Shown here: one piece after another, positions 39,542 to 48,847 of the stretch
Layout of the letters: each line of letters begins with the position of its first letter
Numbering within the stretch: position 1 is the first letter of the stretch
NCBI GenBank assembly: GCA_965602015.1
Contig: OZ271918.1
Span: 416,001-480,000, forward strand
Source: Salinispira sp.
GTDB lineage: Bacteria; Spirochaetota; Spirochaetia; DSM-27196; Salinispiraceae
Length of the DNA stretch: 64,000 nucleotides
Direction of reading: 5' to 3'
The notes under the pieces: generated by a model
Told to the model about the DNA's origin: nothing
What the model saw: the letters and a program-made list of their open reading frames with translations, nothing else
Databases searched by the model: none
Made by a program: the position numbers and the translations under genes

Positions 39542-42500
39542 GTGTCAATTAAATCCAAATCTTTGCTGCTCATCGCTCTGATTCCAATTCTTGTTTTTTC
39601 CTCGTGCGACATTTTATTCGAGACTTTTTACACCGTTACGTATTTTGAGAACGGCGCCGACTCAGGGATTGTCCCTTTTAGCCAAACCGAAACAGTGGGC
39701 GATGCTATTTTCCTGGCCTATAACTTCGGCGAACTTGCCCGGACCGGCTACAGTTTCGTCGGCTGGAATACCTCCCCTGACGGCTCAGGGCTGTCCTATG
39801 ATGAAGGAGAAGAGTACATCGGATTTGAGGACGTGAACCTCTACGCTCAGTGGTCCGCCGAGAGCTATTTGATTCGCTATTTAGCCAATGGCGCCGATTC
39901 CGGGCAGGTTCCTTCTTCCCAATCCAAGGATTACGGTGTCGATGTTACCCTCAGATTCAATGAGAACGGCCTTGCTCGTACGGGATATACCTTCATCGGC
40001 TGGAATACCCAGGCCAACGGAGGCGGAACGGCTTATGCCGAGGGCGCGACGTATTCCGTTGACGCAGATTCGGATTTTTATGCCCATTGGACTGATCTGC
40101 CTACCTATGTGATCAGCTATGACGGAAATGGCAATACCGGCGGAACCGCCCCCCCTGAACAGATAAAGCTGCAGCACGAGGGAATAGCGATCGGCAACAG
40201 CGGAAATCTCGAGAAAACCGGTCACAGCTTCCTTTATTGGAACACCGCAGCCGACGGCAGCGGAATCACCTATGAAACAGGTTCAATCTATAGCGTAAAT
40301 TCCGACCTTATTCTGTATGCAATCTGGGCGGTCAATCAATATAGTCTTGTGTACGAAAATAGCGGCAGTACTACAGGGACAGCTCCTGAGACCCTTTTGC
40401 ATGATTTCGGCAGTCTTGTTGCGGTTGCTGATCAGGGAACCCTCCAACGCGACGGCTATGACTTTATTGCCTGGAATACCAATATAGGAGGATCCGGCCT
40501 TGAGTATCTTCCCGGCGATACCATTACCATTCCTGCAGCGGATGTCACCCTCTACCCACAGTGGGAAAAATCGCCGGTCACGTTGACCCTGGGGCAGTGG
40601 CATCAAGCTAATCCGGAAAACGTTGTATCCGAATGGTTCAGGTTTGATTCCGAACCGGGCAAAATCTACCAAATCCATACCCATGATGCTTATTTTACCC
40701 ACCCCGATGCTCCGGGAGCGGCAAGCTATGACAACGAATTGGGAGCCTACCGAAAGGATAAAACGACCTCTTATAATTATCTAATCCCCGGCGGCCAAAC
40801 GGGGCAGCAAGATATCTACGGTTCCCTAGAGTACCTGGAGCTTGAGGCCCTGGAAGACCAGGTTTATATTCAGGCGACTCAATACGGGGGAGGCAGCGCT
40901 TCGGGAAGCCACTGGATTAAGGTGCTGCCCATACTGGATTCCTATAATATTGCCGTCACCGTTGAGGGTAACGGCTATGTGGAGCGCCGGGTCGGGGGCA
41001 TTTTAAACGACGGACCCTATCCTGAAGGCACGGAGGTTGAACTCACGGCAATCGCACGGGACAGCGACGCGTTCCTGTCCTGGGCCGGAGCCCTCAGCGG
41101 CAGCGCGAATCCTCAGACACTTACAGTCACTTCCTTTACCGAAGTCACTGCACAGTTCACCGGCACTCCGGTCCAGCCCGCCATTGTGCCGGTAATTTTC
41201 AACCCGGTGGACACAAGCGCAATGGTGGATTTGTTTGATCTCAGCGGAAAATCCGTATACCTGGTCAAGGCGAATCACTCGATTGACGCAGCGTCAGAGG
41301 CCGCGGGAGTGCAGATGAATATCCGCCCCAGCGATTTGACGCATCAGCGAGGAATAGTCCGGGAGCCGACGTTTGCTCAACGGCTGGCTCAACTGGGAAT
41401 AACGGAAGATGAAGTATCCGGAGGAAATCTGAGATACGTTGATCAGACGGGTCGCTTTATCCTGGACCGCAGTGATGTTTTGGATCTCGACCTGCCCGGC
41501 GGCAGTGCATCAGCCGGCAATTTTGCCGCTCCGAGCCGTTCCCTCCGGGGGCTCGAAAAGCTCGAGTTCGTGGCGGGAGACAGTAAAACGTTCTGGGTTG
41601 ATGACGGACCCAACGGTCAGCCCGGGGTTTGGGAACAGATTACCGCAACCCTCAGGGCCGTCGGCGACAACTCCTATATATGGGTTCATGACGCCACGTA
41701 CGACGCCCTTTCATCGAGCGGCACGGATAACAAGATTACCCAGGCCCAGGCCGAGCTTCTCAGAGATAACTTTGAAATTCTGTATCCCATGGCGACAAGT
41801 CTGTTCGGATACGAGCTCGGGGGTGGACCCGGAGGAGACGGGGGAATGGATTCGGACTCAAGAATCAGCATTCTTCTGTATGATGTGGCCGACGATTACG
41901 CAGCCGATCAGACCGGGGGAATTTTGGGATATTTCTGGGGAAAGGATGCCTATACTCAGGCGTTCTTTGATGGGAATAACATCGACCTTAAATCAAACGA
42001 GGCTGAAATCTTCTACATCGACACCCATTTTGCGGATTTTTGGCCTGAAGGCATCGTCAGCACCCTGGCCCACGAGTATCAGCACATGATCCATTTCGCA
42101 CAGAAGGCCCTCGCTCACAATGTTTCCAGTCCAGCCTGGACCAACGAAATGCTTTCCATGCTTGCCGAGGATTATCTGTCGGAAACCCTGGGAACCACCC
42201 TCTATTCATCCCACCCCAGCGGAAGGATCAATCAGTACAATCCGGGATACTACAATTCGGGAATCGTCGATTGGAACAATGCACCTGGAGAAGATGTGCT
42301 GGAGAGCTATGCGAGCGCATACCTGTTCGGAGCCTTCCTGGCGAGGAACTACGGCGGAGCTGAATTAATCCATGAACTGGCCACCAACGCCGCGGGAGGC
42401 ATAGCGTCAATCGAGATGGCCCTCTCTACCCTGGGTTATAGCGAAACCTTCGATGACGTGGTCGCGGAATACACAAAGCTTCACGTGTTTCCTACGGCTC

Positions 42501-42763
42501 ATCCGGAAATCAGCCGGGACTTTATCGGATTCACCGAGACCTATGACGGGACCACCTACAATATTGCGACCTTCGACCTGTTCGCCGTTGACTCCGGGCC
42601 GCAGGTCCTCCAGATCGGAAGCTCCAGCGTAAACAGCATACGACCATACGGTTTCCAGGTGTGGTCCCAGGCTTCATGGCAGAATCTCTCATCGGCTACC
42701 CTGAGCATCGAGCTGCTCAAACCCGATAGCGACGATGTCCGAGTGTATATAATGATCAAGTAA
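39542..42763 (+). CDS. Large surface lipoprotein with InlB B-type (Listeria-Bacteroides) repeats and an M30-like zinc peptidase domain
   Basis: Lipobox FSSC; four repeats with Y.V.Y..NG...G..P and TGY.F.GWNT..DG.G..Y...LYA.W; TLAHEYQHMI metalloprotease motif with downstream W.NE; GTG start after GGAGG. Confidence 0.82.
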   Translation: MSIKSKSLLLIALIPILVFSSCDILFETFYTVTYFENGADSGIVPFSQTETVGDAIFLAYNFGELARTGYSFVGWNTSPDGSGLSYDEGEEYIGFEDVNLYAQWSAESYLIRYLANGADSGQVPSSQSKDYGVDVTLRFNENGLARTGYTFIGWNTQANGGGTAYAEGATYSVDADSDFYAHWTDLPTYVISYDGNGNTGGTAPPEQIKLQHEGIAIGNSGNLEKTGHSFLYWNTAADGSGITYETGSIYSVNSDLILYAIWAVNQYSLVYENSGSTTGTAPETLLHDFGSLVAVADQGTLQRDGYDFIAWNTNIGGSGLEYLPGDTITIPAADVTLYPQWEKSPVTLTLGQWHQANPENVVSEWFRFDSEPGKIYQIHTHDAYFTHPDAPGAASYDNELGAYRKDKTTSYNYLIPGGQTGQQDIYGSLEYLELEALEDQVYIQATQYGGGSASGSHWIKVLPILDSYNIAVTVEGNGYVERRVGGILNDGPYPEGTEVELTAIARDSDAFLSWAGALSGSANPQTLTVTSFTEVTAQFTGTPVQPAIVPVIFNPVDTSAMVDLFDLSGKSVYLVKANHSIDAASEAAGVQMNIRPSDLTHQRGIVREPTFAQRLAQLGITEDEVSGGNLRYVDQTGRFILDRSDVLDLDLPGGSASAGNFAAPSRSLRGLEKLEFVAGDSKTFWVDDGPNGQPGVWEQITATLRAVGDNSYIWVHDATYDALSSSGTDNKITQAQAELLRDNFEILYPMATSLFGYELGGGPGGDGGMDSDSRISILLYDVADDYAADQTGGILGYFWGKDAYTQAFFDGNNIDLKSNEAEIFYIDTHFADFWPEGIVSTLAHEYQHMIHFAQKALAHNVSSPAWTNEMLSMLAEDYLSETLGTTLYSSHPSGRINQYNPGYYNSGIVDWNNAPGEDVLESYASAYLFGAFLARNYGGAELIHELATNAAGGIASIEMALSTLGYSETFDDVVAEYTKLHVFPTAHPEISRDFIGFTETYDGTTYNIATFDLFAVDSGPQVLQIGSSSVNSIRPYGFQVWSQASWQNLSSATLSIELLKPDSDDVRVYIMIK

Positions 42764-42820
42764 GTGCTCGAGCTTCGCATGATTCGCCGGCACCGTTTTG
42801 GAGGGAAGAACAAAGGGCTT

Positions 42821-43255
42821 ATGAGTAGTATAAGACACATGACGCAGCTGAATACATTGCTTTTACTAGCTTTTGTGCTTACTTCCTGTGCGGGGTTTGC
42901 CTCCGATGAAGCTTCCGCGCCAAGCGCGGAAGTCTCTTCGGACCAAAGAGTCAGTCAGGATGGCGGTGATACCCCGGCAGAACCGAGGGATGTTAGTATT
43001 CGTTTCCGTGGTGTGCCCGCGGTATACGGCAGCGAGCCGAGAACTTACATTGCCATTGAGGTTCGAAATGAAGGTTCCCGGAAGGCTTTGAGCTATTTCG
43101 TACACCCGGATTACCAGGAACCGTTGAGGAGCCTCACCGGTACGCTGCTTGTGTTCACGGGAGTTATGTATAGTGGCGAACAGGGTTTTTTAGAGTCCCG
43201 GTTTCATGACGGGGTGTTTGTTCCCGAAAGTTGGGAAACGCCCCGAGAACCCTGA
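42821..43255 (+). CDS. Hypothetical lipoprotein
   Basis: Hydrophobic signal ending LTSC; follows the peptidase gene; start uncertain. Confidence 0.6.
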   Translation: MSSIRHMTQLNTLLLLAFVLTSCAGFASDEASAPSAEVSSDQRVSQDGGDTPAEPRDVSIRFRGVPAVYGSEPRTYIAIEVRNEGSRKALSYFVHPDYQEPLRSLTGTLLVFTGVMYSGEQGFLESRFHDGVFVPESWETPREP

Positions 43256-43341
43256 CACTGAAGGGCTCAAAGCATCATTGTATGGGTGGATTTTTGCCCT
43301 TGAGCGCCGATCTTTAACGATCGATCACCATTCATAACTAT

Positions 43342-43860
43342 CTATAAGCTGGCGAGAAGTTTTTTTGCCCTGCCGGCGATTGATTTTCGCGTTTCACCGG
43401 TAAAGCGCTCAAGACGGGGAAGAAGCCACTGTCTGAGTTCCTCGTCGTCTTTGGCCCAGTTCCCCAGAGTCTGCATGGAGTTGTTAATTACTATCCAGTC
43501 CTGATGACTGTCCAGGTTGGCCTTCATGATTTCCTGTGCCCGCGACCTTTGGTCATCATCAAGCAAATGGGACGTGAAGTCGAACAGGTTGGCAAGGGTC
43601 CACTGGGTGGACGCCTGGTCGATCTGCGAAATCTCGTTCAAAAAGCGGTCCATAAATGGCAATAGCCATTCGGGATGTTCCTTGGTCACCCGCTTGACCG
43701 CATTTGATGTTCGCAGCCGGACGACTTCATCGCCGCTTTGGTAACAGTCGATTAACTCGCTAAACCGTTCCCTGTTATTCATTACCTGTTCAACTACCTC
43801 GAGGGTTCGACCAAGGGAATTCGGGTGACCGCCGGTCATGAGCTGCTCGAACTCTGTCAT
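43342..43860 (-). CDS. Hypothetical helical (HEAT/ARM-like) protein
   Basis: GGHPNSLGRT..VV and D.VVRLR motifs; helical pattern; ATGA-coupled to the upstream gene. Confidence 0.65.
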   Translation of the reverse strand: MTEFEQLMTGGHPNSLGRTLEVVEQVMNNRERFSELIDCYQSGDEVVRLRTSNAVKRVTKEHPEWLLPFMDRFLNEISQIDQASTQWTLANLFDFTSHLLDDDQRSRAQEIMKANLDSHQDWIVINNSMQTLGNWAKDDEELRQWLLPRLERFTGETRKSIAGRAKKLLASL

Positions 43861-44507
43861 TGTTTTTCCCTTTTTTCGGTTTCTATCCTTATGAACTCCG
43901 GGAGATACTCAGGCGTGCAGTTTTTTGGCACCGGAATGCCCTTGTACAGCCCTTCCCGTTCGCCGATTGCCAGCAGTCGGCTTCTGTACCGGGCATCGAA
44001 CACGCCGATCCAGCCGGCGGCGAGGTTCATTGCCCATTGGACTTCCGGGGCCTCGCCTGAGAGCTCCGCATCTATTGCATTCACCAGATCGGCGGTGTTA
44101 TCCGGCGGCTCTTTTCCGGTCCAGCGGAGCCTGCCCTGATGGTACCAGAACATCCGTCGGAAATCGGGAATTTCATGATGCTGCCAACCGAGCAGCAGGG
44201 AGGTCAAGCGCTTGTCCTTCATGAGCTGGTTTGCCATAAGCCACTCGTTTACCCGATTCCGCTCGTCATCGCTGTTGTCTCTCAGGTCGTTCATCATCCG
44301 CGAGAGGACCGTCTCGTCCAGCTTTTTCTTGTCCATGATCAGGACAGAGAGAAGCCGGGGATAGTATTTTCCCGACGCCCACAAGTGCATTGCCAGCTCA
44401 TGATCCGTTTTTATTTCCTTCGCGAGCTTTTTGAGTTCGCCCATTTTTGTGTCAGGCTTGTCAATTGATGCGATAATCCGCTCTGCATCCCGGGTATTTT
44501 CAGACAT
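43857..44507 (-). CDS. DNA alkylation repair (AlkD-like) family protein
   Basis: MGELKKLAKEIK.DHELA..LW, VQWAMN....WIG, C..EYLPEFI. Confidence 0.8.
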   Translation of the reverse strand: MSENTRDAERIIASIDKPDTKMGELKKLAKEIKTDHELAMHLWASGKYYPRLLSVLIMDKKKLDETVLSRMMNDLRDNSDDERNRVNEWLMANQLMKDKRLTSLLLGWQHHEIPDFRRMFWYHQGRLRWTGKEPPDNTADLVNAIDAELSGEAPEVQWAMNLAAGWIGVFDARYRSRLLAIGEREGLYKGIPVPKNCTPEYLPEFIRIETEKREKQ

Positions 44508-44530
44508 AATTACCTCCGATTCTGCGGTTG

Positions 44531-45814
44531 TTAGCTCGCCGTCATGCCGGTGAGGAACCAGGTAGTCATGCTCCCCACGCCTTTGATAGGGGTTTCGCCG
44601 CGTTTTGTAAAGGCAAAAGAAGACTTGTTTGCTTCGGCGAAATCATCGCTACAGTGGATTTTTCCCGGTTCGCCGGATGATTCCAGCCGGGATGCCACAT
44701 TAACCGTGTTGCCCCACAAATCGTAGCTGAATTTTCGCGTGCCGATGACTCCCGCCACCACCTCGCCGCAATGAAGTCCAATGCGAAGGCGGATGTCGCC
44801 GTTTAGCCCTCGGATGGCATTCATCATTTCGATGGCCAGTTTCCCGAGCCGCTCACCGTGATCCGCCATTGATGACGGAACCCCGGCTACTGCCATGTAT
44901 GCATCGCCGATGGTCTTTATTTTCTCGACTCCGTATTTATCACAGAGCTGATCGAAGGAGGAGAATACCGAATTGAGCAAGCTGACCAGTTCTTCCGGGC
45001 TAATCCCCCGGGAGAGGGGGGTGAAGTCGACGATATCGCAAAAGAGTACGGACACCGAGTTAAAATGCTCGACGAGGGGGGACTCTCCGGCCTTCATTCT
45101 CGGAACGATTTGGGAAGGAAGGATGTTCTCAAGGAGCCCGTCGGCCCGTTGCCGCTCGTTTTCTATTCTCCGCTCGTAGTGGGCTCCCACCCGTCGCGCG
45201 GAAAAGGAGACCGGGAAGGCGACGACGAAGGCAAACACGATGGCGCCGATAATGACCAGCCGGGTAATTGAAGCGATTTCGGCTTCGATTCTGGCGGTGT
45301 TTTCATGCGATGAAACTGTCCAGTTGGCATTTTCAACAGCCTGGAAGAATACCACCTCGCGCATCTGCAATTCTTCGAACACCAATAGCCCGGATCCGCT
45401 TCGTCCGCTTTGCACCGGATCGAGCCATTCGACAAGATTCTCTCCGTCGAAATCTTCGTCGAACAGGGGGTTTTTCGCCCCTGCGGACATGCCCAGGGCG
45501 GCCAGGTCCGGATGGCAGAGGTATTGCGAACTGTCCTGGTCGATAAGGCAGACATAACCCCGGTCGGTGTCTGTACCCTCTATGGCAGCCTGAAACTCCG
45601 CCAGAACGACATCCGGTGCGGCTCCGCTTGCAAGCCGTCCCTGGACAAAACGGGACATTGCCCGGGCATGACGCTCGTTTACATCGGCCTGCAATTCGAA
45701 GTAGGTATTCTCCAACTCGGCAATAACCAGGGGAAAAATCACCACTCCCATGGCCAGGATCGAAAGAAACACTGCCAGAAAGGTAAACAGAAATAATCGG
45801 GTTTTTTGTCTCAT
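44531..45814 (-). CDS. Membrane-bound class III adenylate cyclase with an extracytoplasmic sensor domain
   Basis: Two TMs; LLENILP, FCDIVDFT, KIKTIGDAYM, YDLWGNTVNVASRLES (Lys/Asp pair indicating ATP specificity). Confidence 0.9.
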   Translation of the reverse strand: MRQKTRLFLFTFLAVFLSILAMGVVIFPLVIAELENTYFELQADVNERHARAMSRFVQGRLASGAAPDVVLAEFQAAIEGTDTDRGYVCLIDQDSSQYLCHPDLAALGMSAGAKNPLFDEDFDGENLVEWLDPVQSGRSGSGLLVFEELQMREVVFFQAVENANWTVSSHENTARIEAEIASITRLVIIGAIVFAFVVAFPVSFSARRVGAHYERRIENERQRADGLLENILPSQIVPRMKAGESPLVEHFNSVSVLFCDIVDFTPLSRGISPEELVSLLNSVFSSFDQLCDKYGVEKIKTIGDAYMAVAGVPSSMADHGERLGKLAIEMMNAIRGLNGDIRLRIGLHCGEVVAGVIGTRKFSYDLWGNTVNVASRLESSGEPGKIHCSDDFAEANKSSFAFTKRGETPIKGVGSMTTWFLTGMTAS

Positions 45815-45867
45815 GGATATACTTTCCGCTATAATTCTCCATATGGCAAGTGCCGGAGGACCGCGCG

Positions 45868-46536
45868 ATGAAAAACCTGGGCAACAACCGCAGACAGAAC
45901 GACTTGATACAGAACGACCTTATACAGAACGACCGTATACAGAACGACCGCATACTGATGGAAACCAGAGAAGAGCTTCGTCATTGGCTCGAGGAGAATC
46001 ATGGAGCGAAAAACTCGGTTTGGCTGGTCACCTGGAAAAAGAAGAGCGGAAAAGCCCGCCTGAGCTACGATGAAATCGTCGACGAATGCCTGTGTTTCGG
46101 TTGGATCGACAGTCTTCCAAAAAAGCTCGACGAAGACAGAAGCATGCTGAGAATTTCCCCCCGGAATCCCTCGAGTAACTGGTCGGGAATTAACAAAAAA
46201 CGGGTTCTCCGCTTGCGGGAGGAGGGGAGGATGACAGAAGCCGGAGAGCAGATCGTACGGGTAGCCAAATCCAATGGAGCCTGGGATTTTTTGAACGACG
46301 TTGAACAGCTCATAGTCCCCGACGACTTGGACAAAGCTCTGTCAGAAATCGAATCCGCCCGGTTTTACTTCGACCGGTTCCCCCCGTCATCGAGAAGGGG
46401 AATACTCGAATGGATAAAAACCGCAAAAACCGAGGAGACCCGGATGCGGCGCATCAAGGCCACAGCCGAAAAAGCCGGAAAAAATATCAAGGCCAACTTC
46501 CCCAAAGGGAGGAACCGGGGACCGAAGTACCCTTGA
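45868..46536 (+). CDS. YdeI/OmpD-associated family protein
   Basis: WL..NH, LCFGWIDS, PR.P.SNWS..NK.RV, VPDDL..AL, WIKTAK.EETR.RRI; GGAGGA RBS. Confidence 0.9.
   Translation: MKNLGNNRRQNDLIQNDLIQNDRIQNDRILMETREELRHWLEENHGAKNSVWLVTWKKKSGKARLSYDEIVDECLCFGWIDSLPKKLDEDRSMLRISPRNPSSNWSGINKKRVLRLREEGRMTEAGEQIVRVAKSNGAWDFLNDVEQLIVPDDLDKALSEIESARFYFDRFPPSSRRGILEWIKTAKTEETRMRRIKATAEKAGKNIKANFPKGRNRGPKYP
45892..45955. repeat. 15-bp tandem repeat (four copies) in the 5' end of the YdeI-family gene
   Basis: agacagaacgacttg / atacagaacgacctt / atacagaacgaccgt / atacagaacgaccgc / atac; encodes (R/I)QND(L/R). Confidence 0.92.
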
Positions 46537-46540
46537 AGTT

Positions 46541-47074
46541 CTAAAAAAGCATCCCCTGGGAGACCATGCTTCCCTCCAGCTCCAGGAGCTTTTCTTTTGC
46601 AGCGGTGCCCCCGGCGTAACCCACCAGTGAGCCGTCGCTGCCGATGATGCGGTGGCAGGGGATAATAATGGAGATGGCATTTGCGCCGTTTGCCGCTGCC
46701 ACCGCCCGCACTGAATCGGGGTTGCCCAGTGTGGTTGCAAGATCCGCATAGGAGGCGGTTTGTCCGTAGGGAATCTGACGCAGAGCCCTCCACACCTCGA
46801 GTTGAAATTCGCTGCCTGCTGGCTTGAGCGGTATATCGAAGTCTTTCCTGATGCCTGAGAAGTATTCGCCGAACTGCTTCATGGTTTCGCTCAATACATC
46901 GTCTTCTCCCTCGGCGTACTCGGCGGAAAAAGCGCTTTTGATGCGCATATCAATCCGGTTCCGCATTGCGCGATACCGCCAGTCAGCCAGAACCAAAAAG
47001 CCATCAATGCTGCCCAAAAGCAGTTCTCCCGCGGGAGACCGGTAGACCTGGGTGGAAATTACGTTTGAACTCAT
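46541..47074 (-). CDS. ogt: Methylated-DNA-[protein]-cysteine S-methyltransferase
   Basis: FQ..VW..L..IPYG.T.SY, RAVA.ANG.N, active site PCHRI, GYAGG. Confidence 0.95.
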   Translation of the reverse strand: MSSNVISTQVYRSPAGELLLGSIDGFLVLADWRYRAMRNRIDMRIKSAFSAEYAEGEDDVLSETMKQFGEYFSGIRKDFDIPLKPAGSEFQLEVWRALRQIPYGQTASYADLATTLGNPDSVRAVAAANGANAISIIIPCHRIIGSDGSLVGYAGGTAAKEKLLELEGSMVSQGMLF

Positions 47075-47076
47075 GG

Positions 47077-47970
47077 TCAGTCCTTCATCAGCGAGTAGTT
47101 ATCGCTGTCGGGGAGGGGTACCCGGGGCCCGCTGTCTTCGGTCACGTCTCCGAATTTGCCGGATTTCCAGTCTTCCATTGCCTGCTGAATCCTCGACTTG
47201 GAGGATGAGACGAAATTCCACCACATGTAACGCTTCCCCAGAGGGGTTCCTCCGATAAGCACGAAACGGGCGGGGGAATCGCTTGAGACGATTGAGCTTC
47301 CCTCCTCCAGAATAGCCATGCGGCCTTTCTCAAGCAGGTCGCCGTTCACCTTCATGTCCGCGTCCACCGGGTACAGAGCCATTTCCTCAGCCATCGCCGG
47401 GATGACGATGTTCCGTCCGGCCTCCAGCTTGTACTCGAGGTAGAGGGCATCGGTGAGGGCCGCAACAGGCGAGGTCATTCCGTAGGCCCTGCCCATCATC
47501 ACCCGGATGTTCCCTCCCCCGGTGCTCACCGAGGGCAGCTGATCGGCGGTGTAATGGTAGAACGCCGGTTCGCATTCTTCATCAGCAGTATGCAGGGCGT
47601 GCCATAGCTGGAGGCCGTGCAGGCGTTCCCCGGCTATGCGACTGTCTTTCGGACTGCGCTCCGAATGGGCTATTCCCTGGCCGGCGACCATCAGATTCAC
47701 CGCGCCGGGAGTTATCTCCCTGATGCTTCCGATGGTGTCGCGATGCATAATGCTGCCCTCGAACAGATAGGTCACCGTCGCGAGGCCGATATGCGGGTGG
47801 GGAAGGACATCAATACCCTCGTCAGAGGAAAAAGAATGGGGTCCCATGTGGTCAAAAAAAACCCAGGGGCCGACGGATTTCACGCCGATCTTTGGGAGCA
47901 GCCGGCCAACGGGGAAGCCGTCGAAGGAAAGGCTTCGGGGCTCTATAACGTGCTTGAATGCTGATTTCAT
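47077..47970 (-). CDS. Pirin family protein
   Basis: VGPWVFFDHMGP, PHPHIGL.TVTYLF, M.AG.GIAHSE, GLQLW, WWNFV. Confidence 0.95.
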   Translation of the reverse strand: MKSAFKHVIEPRSLSFDGFPVGRLLPKIGVKSVGPWVFFDHMGPHSFSSDEGIDVLPHPHIGLATVTYLFEGSIMHRDTIGSIREITPGAVNLMVAGQGIAHSERSPKDSRIAGERLHGLQLWHALHTADEECEPAFYHYTADQLPSVSTGGGNIRVMMGRAYGMTSPVAALTDALYLEYKLEAGRNIVIPAMAEEMALYPVDADMKVNGDLLEKGRMAILEEGSSIVSSDSPARFVLIGGTPLGKRYMWWNFVSSSKSRIQQAMEDWKSGKFGDVTEDSGPRVPLPDSDNYSLMKD

Positions 47971-47996
47971 ATCAGCAGTATGTACCCGAGCGGGGG

Positions 47997-48347
47997 CTAT
48001 TGCAACACTTCCTCGATTATCGACGTCCCTGAACTCTTGTCGCCGCTGGTCCAGCGCCAGCTTTCGTGAAAACGCAGCCTGCCGTCGGGCAGCTGCTCCG
48101 GTGTCGAGCGGCAGTATCCGCTTTTTATCTGCAGGTCCTTGTTGAGGTGATGGTATGAAAACTCGAGCCCGCCCTCATCGTCAATGGTCCCGATGAGATG
48201 GCCCGACACCACCTCGCCCCCGCCGTAATCCGCCCAGATCATTCGACCGTCCTGGAAATAGTGAAATCTTGTCTGGCCTGACACTTCGCCATTCTCCGTA
48301 TTGTGTACTCCGGTAAAAATCCGGCCGTTGATGTTTATGTTTTTCAT
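47997..48347 (-). CDS. Small conserved beta-barrel-like hypothetical protein (family often labelled n-acetylglutamate synthase)
   Basis: NTENGEVS..T.F.Y.Q...IWA.Y.GG.V..G.L.G and G.C.S.PE.LPDGRLR.HE.W.W motifs; AGGAG RBS. Confidence 0.75.
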   Translation of the reverse strand: MKNININGRIFTGVHNTENGEVSGQTRFHYFQDGRMIWADYGGGEVVSGHLIGTIDDEGGLEFSYHHLNKDLQIKSGYCRSTPEQLPDGRLRFHESWRWTSGDKSSGTSIIEEVLQ

Positions 48348-48376
48348 GGCTTCTCCTGTCGAGGCAATCTATTTGA

Positions 48377-48522
48377 AGTGCCCCCAAAACAGCTGATATT
48401 GTGCGCCAAGTATCAATCCTGACCTGAAATGCAAATGAAGTGGCAAAAAACTTTCAGATTAGTCCCTTACTTCTTGTTCCTAAGGCATTTGCATCAATTC
48501 AATCAGCTGTTTTGGGGGCACT
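48377..48522. mobile_element. Short non-coding element with terminal inverted repeats (MITE/REPIN-like), copy 2
   Basis: Perfect 21-bp IR AGTGCCCCCAAAACAGCTGAT (48377-48397) / ATCAGCTGTTTTGGGGGCACT (48502-48522); inner IR ATGCAAATG/CATTTGCAT; same 19-bp core as copy 1. Confidence 0.75.
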
Positions 48523-48847
48523 AACTTCTGTTTTCCTTAGGGACTCCAGCAATGCCCTGAACTTCGCCTCGACGGGCGCTGTCCCAAAACCTGGGTCTTT
48601 GAAAATCGTTCTGCCGAGGCATAGTCATCAGCTCGAAACAAGGGCCGGCCTCATCGACCACCTCCAGACCCAGGTGGGTGAGATTTTTTTCCGATAGAAA
48701 GGGCTCCCTGGTTAATCCTTTCTCTGAGGCGTTGCCAAATCCGCAGGTCATTGCGATGTCGATAATCCGGAGGTCGTCTCTGGCATTGATCATACTGGCA
48801 GCCCGCTCCAGACGCATTCGACGGATGCATTCGAAGGGGCGTTCACC
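48521..48847 (-). pseudogene. Remnant of an AraC-family regulator
   Basis: GERPFECIRRMRLERAASMI.....LRIIDIAMTCGF is an internal AraC HTH fragment. The first HTH is missing and the second is truncated. Confidence 0.65.

Noticed and set aside
43256..43341. Integron attC site among the small accessory genes
   Set aside because: GTT/AAC triplets are present but not arranged as complementary R boxes around a long hairpin, and there is no integrase. More likely a terminator region between convergent genes.
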